Positions 1-10,345 of a DNA stretch of 64,000 nt are shown here, in pieces. Position 1 is the stretch's first letter. The number at the start of each line of letters is the position of its first letter. The position numbers and the translations under genes were made by a program. The DNA comes from Verrucomicrobiota bacterium. GTDB lineage: Bacteria > Verrucomicrobiota > Verrucomicrobiia > Opitutales > Cerasicoccaceae. Below the pieces are notes generated by a model, which was given only the letters and a program-made list of their open reading frames with translations, was not told the DNA's origin and did not search any database. Where the stretch lies: NCBI GenBank assembly GCA_039818205.1, contig JBCBUK010000005.1, positions 232,065 through 296,064 on the forward strand, written 5' to 3'.

Positions 1-940
1 GCGCCTGCTGAGACCAGCGGTCTAGCGCAATCCAGGTGGCATTGTGGCGAGTTTTCTTATTATCGATTTTCTCTGCCCACTCCAGTGCTTTCGAAACGCT
101 TTGTTGGTCGGCAAGCTGTCGCGTAAAACTCTCGGCAAGCTGCCCCTTCAGCTCGCTCTCCCGCATCTCCAGGATAACCATATCAGCATCGCCTGGATTC
201 TGATCAATGTATCGGAACATGACTGACCGGTAGATATCGAAGAGATCCTGGTTCAAGGGCTGGGTTTCAATCCAATCGAACACAGCACCAATATCCTGTC
301 GGGCCCATTCCTCGATTACCGCGGCAACGGCATGGTTACGGACAATACCTTCCGGCAGATGCTCAGCCATCGTGATGACATCCTGTGGCGGATTGTTCGA
401 CGCGAGCCCAGAATAGATTGCAGGCAGCATGTAAGCATCGGTCGATAGGTCTACAAAGTGTTGATTCACCCAATCGATTGCATCGGTTCCGTAAGCCCGC
501 GCGTATTCTTTCAAGGCAATCTGGAGCAAGTCAGAACGGAGTGCGCCGTCTTCAAGCCCAGAAACATATTCAAGCGATGCTTCAGGGTCTCGCTGAGACC
601 ATTCAGAGACCAACACCTGGGAAACGGCACGAACCATAGTGGGGTCTCGGCCATTAATCGAGCGACCAAGGAGTCGCGAAAACTCTCTCGAGTCAACCGC
701 ATCAAAGAGACCAGAGAGATCGACCACAGCATCAACCTGGGTCGCGGGCTCCGCTTCCTGGCTCGGGTGGGCGTCAAGCGCCGATGCTGAATCAACGCTC
801 CCCGAGGAACTCGACACATATTTCGGCGACATCGGATCGGCGCCGGGCTTACCGCCAATGTACTTTGCGATGAGGTAGCCTAGGAGCGCACCAACGCTAA
901 GGGTGAATAGATATCGAAGGATTACAGACTTCATGGCCAT
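1..940 (-). CDS. Hypothetical membrane-anchored alpha-helical repeat protein (partial, runs off the left edge)
   Basis: Not in the ORF track. Manual translation from ATG 940 (or 934) is open to position 1: MAMKSVILRYLFTLSVGALLGYLIAK, then repeated W-x3-DP/A-x2-W units (EWSQRDPEASLEYV, EEWARQDIGAVFDWI, ALEWAEKI, DRWSQQA). Confidence 0.8.
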   Translation of the reverse strand, partial: MAMKSVILRYLFTLSVGALLGYLIAKYIGGKPGADPMSPKYVSSSSGSVDSASALDAHPSQEAEPATQVDAVVDLSGLFDAVDSREFSRLLGRSINGRDPTMVRAVSQVLVSEWSQRDPEASLEYVSGLEDGALRSDLLQIALKEYARAYGTDAIDWVNQHFVDLSTDAYMLPAIYSGLASNNPPQDVITMAEHLPEGIVRNHAVAAVIEEWARQDIGAVFDWIETQPLNQDLFDIYRSVMFRYIDQNPGDADMVILEMRESELKGQLAESFTRQLADQQSVSKALEWAEKIDNKKTRHNATWIALDRWSQQA

Positions 941-1855
941 ATCCGATACAGGACCAAGCCCATAACGAGAAACAAGCCGGACCTAAAGGGGTAAAACGAT
1001 AATGGAATCAACGTTCGAGCTACGGTAAGCCGTCCCCTTGTTTCCTGTCAACTATCGTCGAATCCAACGAACGCAGCGCGACAATGCGATGGCCTCAATT
1101 CTCGCTATACACGAGTTTAGAGAAATCGGCCAAACATACATAATTTTGTATCGAAACAATACGTTATTCCGTTGGATTCCTAGACTAATAATTGTGGAAC
1201 ATTGCGCTAAGAAAAGACAAATTCCATTTCCTTAAAACATTGATATTCAAGTACAATAGGAACCAATACCAACGAATCTTTAATGATTTCCGAAAATCAA
1301 ATCCATTGTTGACAGCCGCCCAGAATATTTTAGCCTGAAGGCAGTCGTTTACACGAGCCCCAACCTAAAGTCCTATCAATTCTACTGTATCCCTAGATTC
1401 GACCAATCATATAACCCCCGGAGATTAAGGCCCCTCCCAAGCCATCTCCAAATCTCAGTCAACCTCATAGGACTCACATCGAAAATGACCTAGATTTCTT
1501 TGACCAACACCGGTTGAAGTCTTCGGCGTTCACACATCGAGCGAATTACTCATTCGATCAACCCATCAATGAGAATCCCTCACCGAAGAACTTGCCAATC
1601 CTTCCCCCTAATTCGATCTCACCCAGCAAACTTCCCCCCAACTGTCTGGTGCGATCTTCCCAGTAAGAATCGTATATCTGCACCTGTTATCTCATGCTTC
1701 GCATCGAGACACCAAGCAGCCCCCTAGCGGACGTCCCCTCCGTTTTTTCCGTGACCATAACTCAATCCTCATGACCACACGGCCAAACTCACCCTGGTTT
1801 TGGTATCGCGGTCGTCAGTTATCGGACACGATTCATTCGACCCCCTAAGATACCA

Positions 1856-4800
1856 ATGAATCTCAAGACTTGTCTCTGTATCCCAATCTTATGCACCTCT
1901 ACGTTATTTTCCCAAACAGTTAACCTCGACCCAACCATCCAACGTTTCATCGGCGGCGTTTCAGACCTCGATCGTTCGAAGTACTTTACGCTCCACTCCA
2001 GCAACTCGACCGACGCTGACCTGGTCCAATTCTACAACGACTACGACGTCATCCGTAGCCGGGGATTCTGGGGTCCGTTCTCTTACGCCAACCAACAAAC
2101 GGGCGTCATTGGACAGTATCCTGGCGACATACAAGGCGCCGGTGGGGTTCGCCCAGTGAACAACAAGTATATTGCCACCGAACATCCAAAAAACGTCATT
2201 CGCTACAACCTCGACACGAACGCAGCGGCCGACTGGGTCGTCGAATACTACAAAGACTATTCCGGCAACAATCCGATACCCGAGTTCTATGAGGTAATGA
2301 ACGAACCCTTCGTTCACGCCGGCGATGCTGAGTTTTCCGCCCAGCAACCCGACGCACAGTTGATGCGCGTTCGCATGGCCGAATGGTTTGGTGCCATCGG
2401 AGAAAAGGTCGATCAGACTCCAGAATTGGCCAACCTAAAGATCATCGGTTTCGCCGATGCGTGGCCGCAGTATGAGCACATCACCAGCGGCAATATGTTT
2501 GGCATCTGGCACGCCCGCCAAAAAATGTTCATGGATGTTGCCGGTGCCAATGTTGACGCATTTTCCACTCACCTCTATGACGGTGTGAACGTGAACCAAG
2601 ATGGCGGTGAACGCTCCGGAAGTAACGCGATGGCGATCCTAGACATGGTTGAGGCCTACAGTCACATCAAGTGGGGCTTGGTCAAACCACACGTAATTTC
2701 TGAGTACGGCGGGATCGCCTCGGGATATCCTGCAGGTTGGAATGACATTGAGGCAGCGCAGAGCGTCATGTCCCAGAACAAGATGATCTTTGACCTGATG
2801 GACCGCGAAGACCGGGTCGAAATGACGATCCCGTTCGTGACCGACAAATCGAACTGGCACCTGACCGCAGCAAACAACTACGAACCTTATGGCGCGGTCC
2901 TGCTGCGGCCCGGCAACACTGGATCAGGGCAAGCTCCTGACGGCACCTGGGTGTACACTCCCAAGGTCACCTTCTATGAAATCTGGAAAGGTGTTAAAGG
3001 AAAACGCATCGCAGTCTCAAGCGACCACGCTGACATCCAAACTCAGGCGTTTGTCGACGGCAACAAGCTCTTCGTCGCGCTGAACAACCTGGACGACGTC
3101 ACCCACAATGTGTCGCTCAACTTTGCCTCGACAATTCCTGGATTGCAGAACGTTCGCATCAAAGCGCTAAAGATTTATGCTAATTCGCCACATAGCCTGA
3201 CGGACACAACCCAGACCACCGCACCCTCAAGCATAACCTTGATCGCTGATGAGACGGTCATGCTGGAATACACTTACCAAAACAACATCACATTTGGTAA
3301 CGCGATTCGCAGCCAATCCTACTACGCGGACAAGTATCTACAGGATATCAGCGCTAACGTGACGCAGTCCTATCTGATCAACGGCGTCACGACTGGGACC
3401 TCCGGATATGCCAAACTCAAAATGAGCCTTGGCCGAACGCATGCGAAATCAAAGGCTCCTACCCTAACGGTTAATGGTACCGCTGTTAGCATTCCCAGCA
3501 ACTGGCGCGGTTACGATCAAACAGCCCGCGGTTCGGTATTCTTCGGCACGATCGAAATTCCTGTTCCCATCGGCTTAATCCAAGCTAACAACACGATCAA
3601 CATCACCTTCCCCGATTCTGGCGGCGCGGTTTCTTCGCTCATCCTTGAGGTCGCTAAACACGACACACCAATCGTTTCCCAGGCTCCATTTGGTGGCACG
3701 GCCCACGCGATACCCGGCACGATTGAGGCCGAAGATTTCGACATCGGCGGTGAGGATGTTGCTTACAACGACACCGCTAGCGGTAACAGCGGCGCTTCAA
3801 CTTACCGTGCTGGTGAGAACGTGGACATAGAAGCGACTACCGACACTGGCGGCGGCGTAAACGTTGGCTGGATTGCTGGCGGCGAGTGGCTTGAGTACAC
3901 CGTTGATGCGGCCGAAGGCTCATACGACATCGAGCTGCGGGTTGCCTCCGGGGGTTCAACCGTTGGCGACGTGCAGGTCTCATTAGGTGGTACCGACCTT
4001 GGCACATTCGCCGTCGAGAACACAGGGGGTTGGCAAACCTGGACCACGCTGACGCTCAGCAACGTTGCAGTCACTGGCGGAAGCGATCAAGTGCTCCGGC
4101 TAACTGCCGTCGGCGGCAACTTCAACCTCAACTGGATTAAGTTTAACTCCCTTGCGCCCGAGACAATTGGATGCGAGCTCCTGCCGACCTCGATCGTATC
4201 TACAGAAACGATCACCGTGGATGTCCCCTACTCAGTCAATCAAGCACGAGATGTGGTGGTTGAATTCTGGGATAGTGGCTGGCTGGACCAGGACACGGTT
4301 ACCGTTGGCCCTGGAACGGGAGTGGCTTCTGTAACGCTTACCCCAATGGGTGGTGCACCTGCAGCCGGAAGTGGATATCTATTCAAAACTAGCCTTCGGG
4401 AAGTTGGAGCGGGATGGCAAAACCCAATCGACAGCTGCAACTCAGTATTCACCGTCCTTGCACCACCAGAAACGATCGGATGTGAAATGCTGCCAACATC
4501 CATCGTCTCCGCAGCCAGCTTTTCGGTGGACGTGCCCTACTCAGTCAATGAGAGCCGTGACATCGTTGTCGAATTCTGGGACAGCGGTTGGTTGCACCAG
4601 GATCGCGTTACGGTAACCGCTGGCTCAGGCGTCGCGACCTTAACGCTCGTTCCTGCCGGAGGCGCACCACCAGCTGGAACTGGATATCTTTTTAAAACCA
4701 GCCTGCGTGAAGTCGGAGCCGGATGGCAGAACCCGATCGACAGCTGCAACTCAGCCGTCGAGGTCCTAGCCCCGGTGTTTTACACGGCAACCGGAGACAT

Positions 4801-5764
4801 CGGCAGCACCGCTCTTACTGGGTCCACCAGCGAAGCGGGAGGTATCTATACGCTGCAAGCATCGGGAGCGGATATCTGGGGAACGGCCGATGAGTTCCAA
4901 TTTGCCTCACAAGTCGCACCGGGTTCTGTGTCGACCATAATTGCAAGGGTTGACTCGCTGACAAATACCAACACCTGGTCGAAGGCTGGCGTCATGTTCC
5001 GCGCCGACAACACCGCCGGTGCTCAGCACGCGATGGTGGTCGTTCGGCCCGACAAGCAAGTCGTCATGCAAGTGCGCACGGCGGCATCGGGTTCAACGGT
5101 CATCATTGGCCCATGGCTGGCCGGTGGCACGGTCGACATCAAATGGGTTCGCTTGATTCGCAATGGCGATGTCTACACCGGTGCCTACTCAGCCGATGGC
5201 ACCACCTGGACAACTCTAACATCCTCAACCATCGCGATGGGATCTGATCCGCTCGTGGGCTTAGCGGTTACCTCTCACGACGCCGCGGCCCTGGCGACCG
5301 CCGAGTTCAGCAACGTAAGCATCCGCGCTGGTGGAACCTACGACTTCGGAACGGCGAGTTCACCGACCCAAGCGGGATACACTCAAATCACCAATGCCAC
5401 GACTTCAGGCTCGGCTCGATGGGCAAGTGCCAGCGGACTCAACGCGACCGACCGCACGAGCGTGACTGACAATATTCAGCGAGACGTCAACTATGGCTCC
5501 CAAGCGAATACCTTCCGGGTCGATCTTAGCGATGGCGTTTACGAGGTCACCCTAACCATTGGCGACACTTACGCGCATGACGATATCGCCGTGAAGGCCG
5601 AAGGAGTCATCGCAGCCTCGAATATTGACCGTTCCGCCAACCAGTGGAGCGATGTCACCTTTACCACAACGGTAAGCGACGGGACCCTGGACCTGGAATT
5701 CTCTGATGGCGGTGGCACGGATGTGAACTGGGTCATCAATGGAGCTATCGTCACCCCCCACTAA
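1856..5764 (+). CDS. Multimodular GH86-like beta-porphyranase/beta-agarase with CBM6, two tandem repeats and further beta-sandwich domains
   Basis: Signal peptide; IGGVSDLDRSKYFTLH, YEVMNEPFVHA (acid/base) and ISEYGG (nucleophile) resemble GH86 porphyranase/agarase; CBM6-like IPGTIEAEDFD...GGWQTW...FNLNWIKF; ConA-like ADIWGTADEFQF...WSKAGVMFR; C-terminal galactose-binding-like YDFGT...WVING. Confidence 0.8.
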   Translation: MNLKTCLCIPILCTSTLFSQTVNLDPTIQRFIGGVSDLDRSKYFTLHSSNSTDADLVQFYNDYDVIRSRGFWGPFSYANQQTGVIGQYPGDIQGAGGVRPVNNKYIATEHPKNVIRYNLDTNAAADWVVEYYKDYSGNNPIPEFYEVMNEPFVHAGDAEFSAQQPDAQLMRVRMAEWFGAIGEKVDQTPELANLKIIGFADAWPQYEHITSGNMFGIWHARQKMFMDVAGANVDAFSTHLYDGVNVNQDGGERSGSNAMAILDMVEAYSHIKWGLVKPHVISEYGGIASGYPAGWNDIEAAQSVMSQNKMIFDLMDREDRVEMTIPFVTDKSNWHLTAANNYEPYGAVLLRPGNTGSGQAPDGTWVYTPKVTFYEIWKGVKGKRIAVSSDHADIQTQAFVDGNKLFVALNNLDDVTHNVSLNFASTIPGLQNVRIKALKIYANSPHSLTDTTQTTAPSSITLIADETVMLEYTYQNNITFGNAIRSQSYYADKYLQDISANVTQSYLINGVTTGTSGYAKLKMSLGRTHAKSKAPTLTVNGTAVSIPSNWRGYDQTARGSVFFGTIEIPVPIGLIQANNTINITFPDSGGAVSSLILEVAKHDTPIVSQAPFGGTAHAIPGTIEAEDFDIGGEDVAYNDTASGNSGASTYRAGENVDIEATTDTGGGVNVGWIAGGEWLEYTVDAAEGSYDIELRVASGGSTVGDVQVSLGGTDLGTFAVENTGGWQTWTTLTLSNVAVTGGSDQVLRLTAVGGNFNLNWIKFNSLAPETIGCELLPTSIVSTETITVDVPYSVNQARDVVVEFWDSGWLDQDTVTVGPGTGVASVTLTPMGGAPAAGSGYLFKTSLREVGAGWQNPIDSCNSVFTVLAPPETIGCEMLPTSIVSAASFSVDVPYSVNESRDIVVEFWDSGWLHQDRVTVTAGSGVATLTLVPAGGAPPAGTGYLFKTSLREVGAGWQNPIDSCNSAVEVLAPVFYTATGDIGSTALTGSTSEAGGIYTLQASGADIWGTADEFQFASQVAPGSVSTIIARVDSLTNTNTWSKAGVMFRADNTAGAQHAMVVVRPDKQVVMQVRTAASGSTVIIGPWLAGGTVDIKWVRLIRNGDVYTGAYSADGTTWTTLTSSTIAMGSDPLVGLAVTSHDAAALATAEFSNVSIRAGGTYDFGTASSPTQAGYTQITNATTSGSARWASASGLNATDRTSVTDNIQRDVNYGSQANTFRVDLSDGVYEVTLTIGDTYAHDDIAVKAEGVIAASNIDRSANQWSDVTFTTTVSDGTLDLEFSDGGGTDVNWVINGAIVTPH
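4151..4773 (+). repeat. Two tandem ~306-bp intragenic repeats (~102 aa each)
   Basis: LAPETIGCELLPTSIVS...VEFWDSGWL...GYLFKTSLREVGAGWQNPIDSCNS occurs twice (about 4151-4456 and 4457-4773). Confidence 0.92.
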
Positions 5765-5795
5765 CCAACTGATCTAACTCAATACGAAGCTCCGC

Positions 5796-5826
5796 AAAGC
5801 CTCCGCCCAACCAGGCGGGGGCTTTC
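5796..5826 (+). terminator. Probable intrinsic terminator after the GH86 gene
   Basis: AAAGCCTCCGCC-caacca-GGCGGGGGCTTT hairpin about 30 bp after the stop codon. Confidence 0.7.
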
Positions 5827-5940
5827 TCGTGCGTCGGAAACAGCATATGGTTAAACTGCAAATGAGTTGATTTTATCCACGCGAGATGTACACCAATAAG
5901 GGGTCACCGTTATCACCCTCCTCACCCCTTTGTTGTTATC

Positions 5941-8016
5941 ATGAAATCTCTATTTGCCGCCACCCTGTGGTTGCTTGCAGCCCTTACCTCCTACGCCACC
6001 CCCTTGACTCCAGAAGAGTATGGTCGGATTCAGTTGCAGGAGCAACTGGCACAATCAACCAAACCCGATGCCATCATTGAAACCGCGATCAACAATGAAC
6101 TCGCTGCTGAAGCCTTTCGCATCGAGACCGGCGATGGAACGATCCAGGTCACTGGCGGTGATGAAATTGGGGTCATGTACGGGCTTCTGGATACTGCCGA
6201 TCAGCTTCGGCTAAATGGTGGCCAGATCACGGAGATTGTTGAAAAGATGGAGATGCCACGATTTCCATTTCGTGCGGTTAAATTCAACTTACCCTGGTCC
6301 GCATATCGGGACCACGCCGTCGTCCGGCCACACATGCAAACCTGCCGCGATCTCGTGTTCTGGGAAGAGTTTCTCGACATGATGGCGGCCAACCGCTTCA
6401 ACCGCCTGACTCTCTGGAATCTCCACCCGTTCCCCTACATGTTTCGGCCAACCAGTTTTCCAGAGGCCACCGACCTGACTGACGAGGAACTGGCCGAGTG
6501 GAAGATATTCTGGGAACGCCTTTTCGAAATGGCTCATGAGCGCGGTATTAAAACCTATATGGTTTGGTGGAATATTTTTGTATCGCCAGAGTTTTCAAAG
6601 GCGCATGGCAACATCGCCCAATACAGCCAGAATCTCAGTTTCTTTGGTGGCGGAGAGCACAACGAACTGATTAATCGCTATAACCGGGAATGCGTCACCC
6701 AGCTGATAAATGAGTATCCCAACCTTGATGGGATTGGTATCTCTCTTGGGGAGCGCATGTACCACATCGACGAGGACGCCCGCGAACAATGGGTGTTGGA
6801 TGTGATTGTCGAGGGCATGCGCGATGCCGATCGCCAAGTCGAGTTCATTCACCGGGCTCCATTTACCCCGCATGCAGAAGTTACGCGTCAAGGCATTGAA
6901 TCGCTAACAGATTTTGAGAAACCGATCTGGGTAGAGTTCAAATTCAACGCCTCTCACGGACACTCCGCCGTAGAGCTCGCCGCAACTCATGGTGGTCACG
7001 TCAACCCCGCCTACTGGGAGCCTGCCCCAACGAACTATCAAATGACTTGGATGATGCGGAACGAAGACTTCGTGATGCTACGGTGGGGGCAACCTCAGTT
7101 CATCCGTGACCATATTGCCGAAAACGGACAAGACTACGTCGGTGGATATTTTGTGGGGTCAGAGACTTATATACCGGCTGTTGAATACATGCAAAAAGAG
7201 GACGACCGCATGGATTGGACCTATGCTTTCGAGCGCGATTGGTTGTTCTACAAAGTGTGGGGTCAGCTCCTGTTCAATCCCGAAACCGACGACCAAATAT
7301 TTATCGATGAATACATTCAGCGCTATGGCGAAAAAAACGGACCGTTGTTGTTCAGCGGGATGGCAGAGGCCAGTAAGACACCGTTGCTAATCTGCTCATA
7401 CCTTCGTGGGGGCAACGACCCATCACTAACCGCCGAGCAGTTGCTCTCAAGCCAAGTTTCCCGATATAAAACGACCAAGAGCGTTTTTATCGACGTCAAC
7501 CAGTTCATCAACTTCCCGACTCTCGACCCGGCATTCATCAACATTGAACAGTATATTGATCGCAAGTCCAAAGACCAAGAACTACCGGAAGGAACCGTTA
7601 GCCCGCTCGATGTTGCCGAACGTGCTGAAGCAATCTCCAAGGAGTGTTTGGCCATTGTGAATCAACTCGAGCCTGATGGCTCGTCGATGGACTTCGAAAT
7701 TGCCGACATCGAAGCCTGGGGCTTATTGGCCCGTTATTTCGGATTGAAAATACGCGCGGCAACGTCACTTCAGACCTTTCGGGTGACTGGCGATATAGAA
7801 CAACAAGCAGCGGCGATAGCCTACCTCGAGGAGGCACTTGTCACATGGAAGGAACTCAGCGAAGTCACTGATGCGGTCTACAACGAAGTCGAATCAGCGA
7901 AACTTATCTGGATCGAGAAGCCAAAGCTCCTGTCCTGGAAAGCATTTATTGGCGATGCTGAGTATGACATCGAGATTGCCAGCGAAAACATTCAGACGCA
8001 GCTACCTCGAAAGTAG
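5941..8016 (+). CDS. Exported putative glycoside hydrolase (GH20/GH67/GH115-like N-terminal domain, unassigned catalytic region)
   Basis: Signal peptide; EAFRIE...IQVTGGDEIGVMYG is a hexosaminidase-N-like motif; PRFPFRAVKFNLPW and FNRLTLWNLHPF suggest a TIM-barrel start; directly follows GH86. Confidence 0.5.
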   Translation: MKSLFAATLWLLAALTSYATPLTPEEYGRIQLQEQLAQSTKPDAIIETAINNELAAEAFRIETGDGTIQVTGGDEIGVMYGLLDTADQLRLNGGQITEIVEKMEMPRFPFRAVKFNLPWSAYRDHAVVRPHMQTCRDLVFWEEFLDMMAANRFNRLTLWNLHPFPYMFRPTSFPEATDLTDEELAEWKIFWERLFEMAHERGIKTYMVWWNIFVSPEFSKAHGNIAQYSQNLSFFGGGEHNELINRYNRECVTQLINEYPNLDGIGISLGERMYHIDEDAREQWVLDVIVEGMRDADRQVEFIHRAPFTPHAEVTRQGIESLTDFEKPIWVEFKFNASHGHSAVELAATHGGHVNPAYWEPAPTNYQMTWMMRNEDFVMLRWGQPQFIRDHIAENGQDYVGGYFVGSETYIPAVEYMQKEDDRMDWTYAFERDWLFYKVWGQLLFNPETDDQIFIDEYIQRYGEKNGPLLFSGMAEASKTPLLICSYLRGGNDPSLTAEQLLSSQVSRYKTTKSVFIDVNQFINFPTLDPAFINIEQYIDRKSKDQELPEGTVSPLDVAERAEAISKECLAIVNQLEPDGSSMDFEIADIEAWGLLARYFGLKIRAATSLQTFRVTGDIEQQAAAIAYLEEALVTWKELSEVTDAVYNEVESAKLIWIEKPKLLSWKAFIGDAEYDIEIASENIQTQLPRK

Positions 8017-8110
8017 GACCACGGTTTAATCGGACGACGGTCTCAATCAATCTTTGGTTCGAGACCTAGGATGCTTGCTATCGCTGCAACGGTTGTGTGT
8101 ATTGCGACCT

Positions 8111-9382
8111 ATGGCCGATTCGAAGCCCACAACACCCAAGACAAACCTACTCGCTGGTGCTGTTGGCAATATCTTGGAGTGGTTCGATTTCGCCGCCTAT
8201 GGTTTCTTTGCCTCGGTCATCGGTTCGCAATTCTTCCCCAGCGACGATGAAACCATATCATTGCTCGCAGCCTTCGGCGTTTTTGCCTCCGGCTTTATCG
8301 TTCGGCCAATTGGCGCGGCGGTATTCGGCCACATTGGCGACCGCAAGGGCCGGGAAGTCGTCTTAAAATGGTCCGTTATATTGATGGGCCTCTCGACGTT
8401 TTTAATGGGTGCATTGCCCAATTACGAGACTATCGGCTTGGCCGCACCAATCCTACTGACCCTACTACGGATACTTCAGGGCTTTTCGGTTGGCGGTGAA
8501 TTCACCGGCTCCATCATCTATTTGGTTGAAAACGCGCCACCCCACCGACGCGGATTCATTGGATCGCTTGCGTTCGCCGGCGCCTTTGCTGGCATACTCC
8601 TGGGATCTGCTGTTGGTGCCTTAATCAACCATGTATTGAGTCCGGAACAAGTGAGTAGTTGGGGTTGGCGAATTCCGTTTCTCGGCGGTGTTGTTATCAT
8701 GATTCTTGCCGCCTTCTTTCGACGGAATCTAAAGGGAACCGGCGAGCGCCCTCAGTCCAATCAACTCCCGCTACTGATGGCTTTCAAGACCGAGTGGCGG
8801 TCCATGCTTAAAATCATTGGCATATTTTTGCTAGGCAGCTCTGGCTTCTACATGATGTTTATCTACCTGACCACCTATCTCCATACCGAGTTTGGCATAT
8901 CGGAGGAGAAGGCGCTTGAGGTAAATTCATTCTCACTGTTTGCGCTCATTATTTGCACGTTAGGAATGGCCCGCGTGAGTGATCGCTTTGGCCGAAAACC
9001 GGTACTTCTTATTTCCGCTGTGGGATGTGTTTTACTCACCTACCCGCTCTTCAAAATCATTGATGCGGGCACTCCGCTCTATGCCCAACTAGGACAACTT
9101 GGATTTGCATTCCTGATTGGAACAAACATCAGTGCAACGACAGCCGTCATGGTCGAAAACACACGTTCGACCTATCGCTGTACAACGATCTCCCTTGCTT
9201 ATAACATTACGCTCGCAGTCTTTGGCGGCACTGCGCCAATGGTTGCCACTTGGTTAATTGCCGAATCCGGCAATCGCATAGAGCCGGCATTCTACCTGAT
9301 GTTTACGGCTGCCGTTACCTCGATAACGGTTCTCTTCCTACCCGAGACGCATAAGCTAAAGCTTCATGGCGAAGACGCCTAA
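8111..9382 (+). CDS. MFS transporter, metabolite:H+ symporter (ProP-like) family
   Basis: GNILEWFDFAAYG, RPIGAAVFGHIGDRKGR, RILQGFSVGGEF, SDRFGRKP; about 12 hydrophobic segments; start moved to ATG 8111. Confidence 0.88.
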   Translation: MADSKPTTPKTNLLAGAVGNILEWFDFAAYGFFASVIGSQFFPSDDETISLLAAFGVFASGFIVRPIGAAVFGHIGDRKGREVVLKWSVILMGLSTFLMGALPNYETIGLAAPILLTLLRILQGFSVGGEFTGSIIYLVENAPPHRRGFIGSLAFAGAFAGILLGSAVGALINHVLSPEQVSSWGWRIPFLGGVVIMILAAFFRRNLKGTGERPQSNQLPLLMAFKTEWRSMLKIIGIFLLGSSGFYMMFIYLTTYLHTEFGISEEKALEVNSFSLFALIICTLGMARVSDRFGRKPVLLISAVGCVLLTYPLFKIIDAGTPLYAQLGQLGFAFLIGTNISATTAVMVENTRSTYRCTTISLAYNITLAVFGGTAPMVATWLIAESGNRIEPAFYLMFTAAVTSITVLFLPETHKLKLHGEDA

Positions 9383-9775
9383 CGGCCGACACAAGCAAGC
9401 CAGGATTCAACGCTCGCTGTAGCGCACACGCTTAGGTGCACTGCGACTACCTATGCTATAGGATAGTATCTTTTGGATACCTTGTTAGACGGTATTTTTT
9501 TGGTATCATTCCTAACACACTCGGATCACTATCCCCAGAGCCAACGAACATCCACCGTAAGGATCTACTATGCTTCCGCCCGTATCTCTCGGATACATCT
9601 AGCTACCCAGACACGCTCTGGGCGCCGAACAACTAGGCTCCAACGAGCCATCTCCCTCGGGCTAGAACCTTCGCCTTAAACGATTCAAGGGAGACACCTG
9701 AGATCCATTGCAGCCAATGCGGGCAATGGCCGGTCCTGTCATATTATTTTATACGAACCCTAATGAAAACAAACC

Positions 9776-10333
9776 ATGAACCAGACTAAAGAAATCATAC
9801 ACAACCCATTGGGAAAACACCTCTCGGCCATGCTACTCCGAATTTGGTTAGGAATGCGAGCCGTTCAAGCCGGCGTCGAGAAGTTTGCTGGAAAAGACCT
9901 AACCGAAGTGCCTTCGATCATCGATGGTAAACCGAACGACAGCGGCCTCATGGAGGTCGTCGAAGTTAAAGTCTATTCCTGGAATGCATACAAAGGCATA
10001 CCGGAAGCGCTAAGTGGCAAATTCTACCGTGAGCCCCTCCTGCCCGATTTTTCCCTCATTATCTACAACTGGATTCTCGGACCCGCGTTTATCATCCTCG
10101 GCATGGCACTGCTTCTCGGCATCGCTAGTCGTTTATCGCTTTTCGCCATGGGGCTGCTTTACACTAGCTTGACCTTTGGTCTCATACTACTCAACCAATC
10201 GTCGGGCATCGCCTGGCTTGGCGTCCATCTATTCTTGATAGTCATGATGCTCAATCTGGCCGACTACAATCGCTATGAACTTGGCAACCTGTTGGCTGAT
10301 CGGCTCAAGCTCTCGTTCTTAAAACAAAAATAG
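9776..10333 (+). CDS. DoxX-like membrane protein
   Basis: LLRIWLG...AGVEKF followed by three further TM segments; 12 bp upstream of the oxidoreductase. Confidence 0.65.
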   Translation: MNQTKEIIHNPLGKHLSAMLLRIWLGMRAVQAGVEKFAGKDLTEVPSIIDGKPNDSGLMEVVEVKVYSWNAYKGIPEALSGKFYREPLLPDFSLIIYNWILGPAFIILGMALLLGIASRLSLFAMGLLYTSLTFGLILLNQSSGIAWLGVHLFLIVMMLNLADYNRYELGNLLADRLKLSFLKQK

Positions 10334-10345
10334 GAGGCTATTGAA

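Noticed and set aside
44..878. Short ORFs listed in the track at the left edge
   Set aside because: They are shadows of the longer minus-strand ORF 940..<1.
1771..1848. 25-codon upstream ORF (MTTRPNSPWFWYR...) before GH86
   Set aside because: No attenuator structure or other support; expected by chance.
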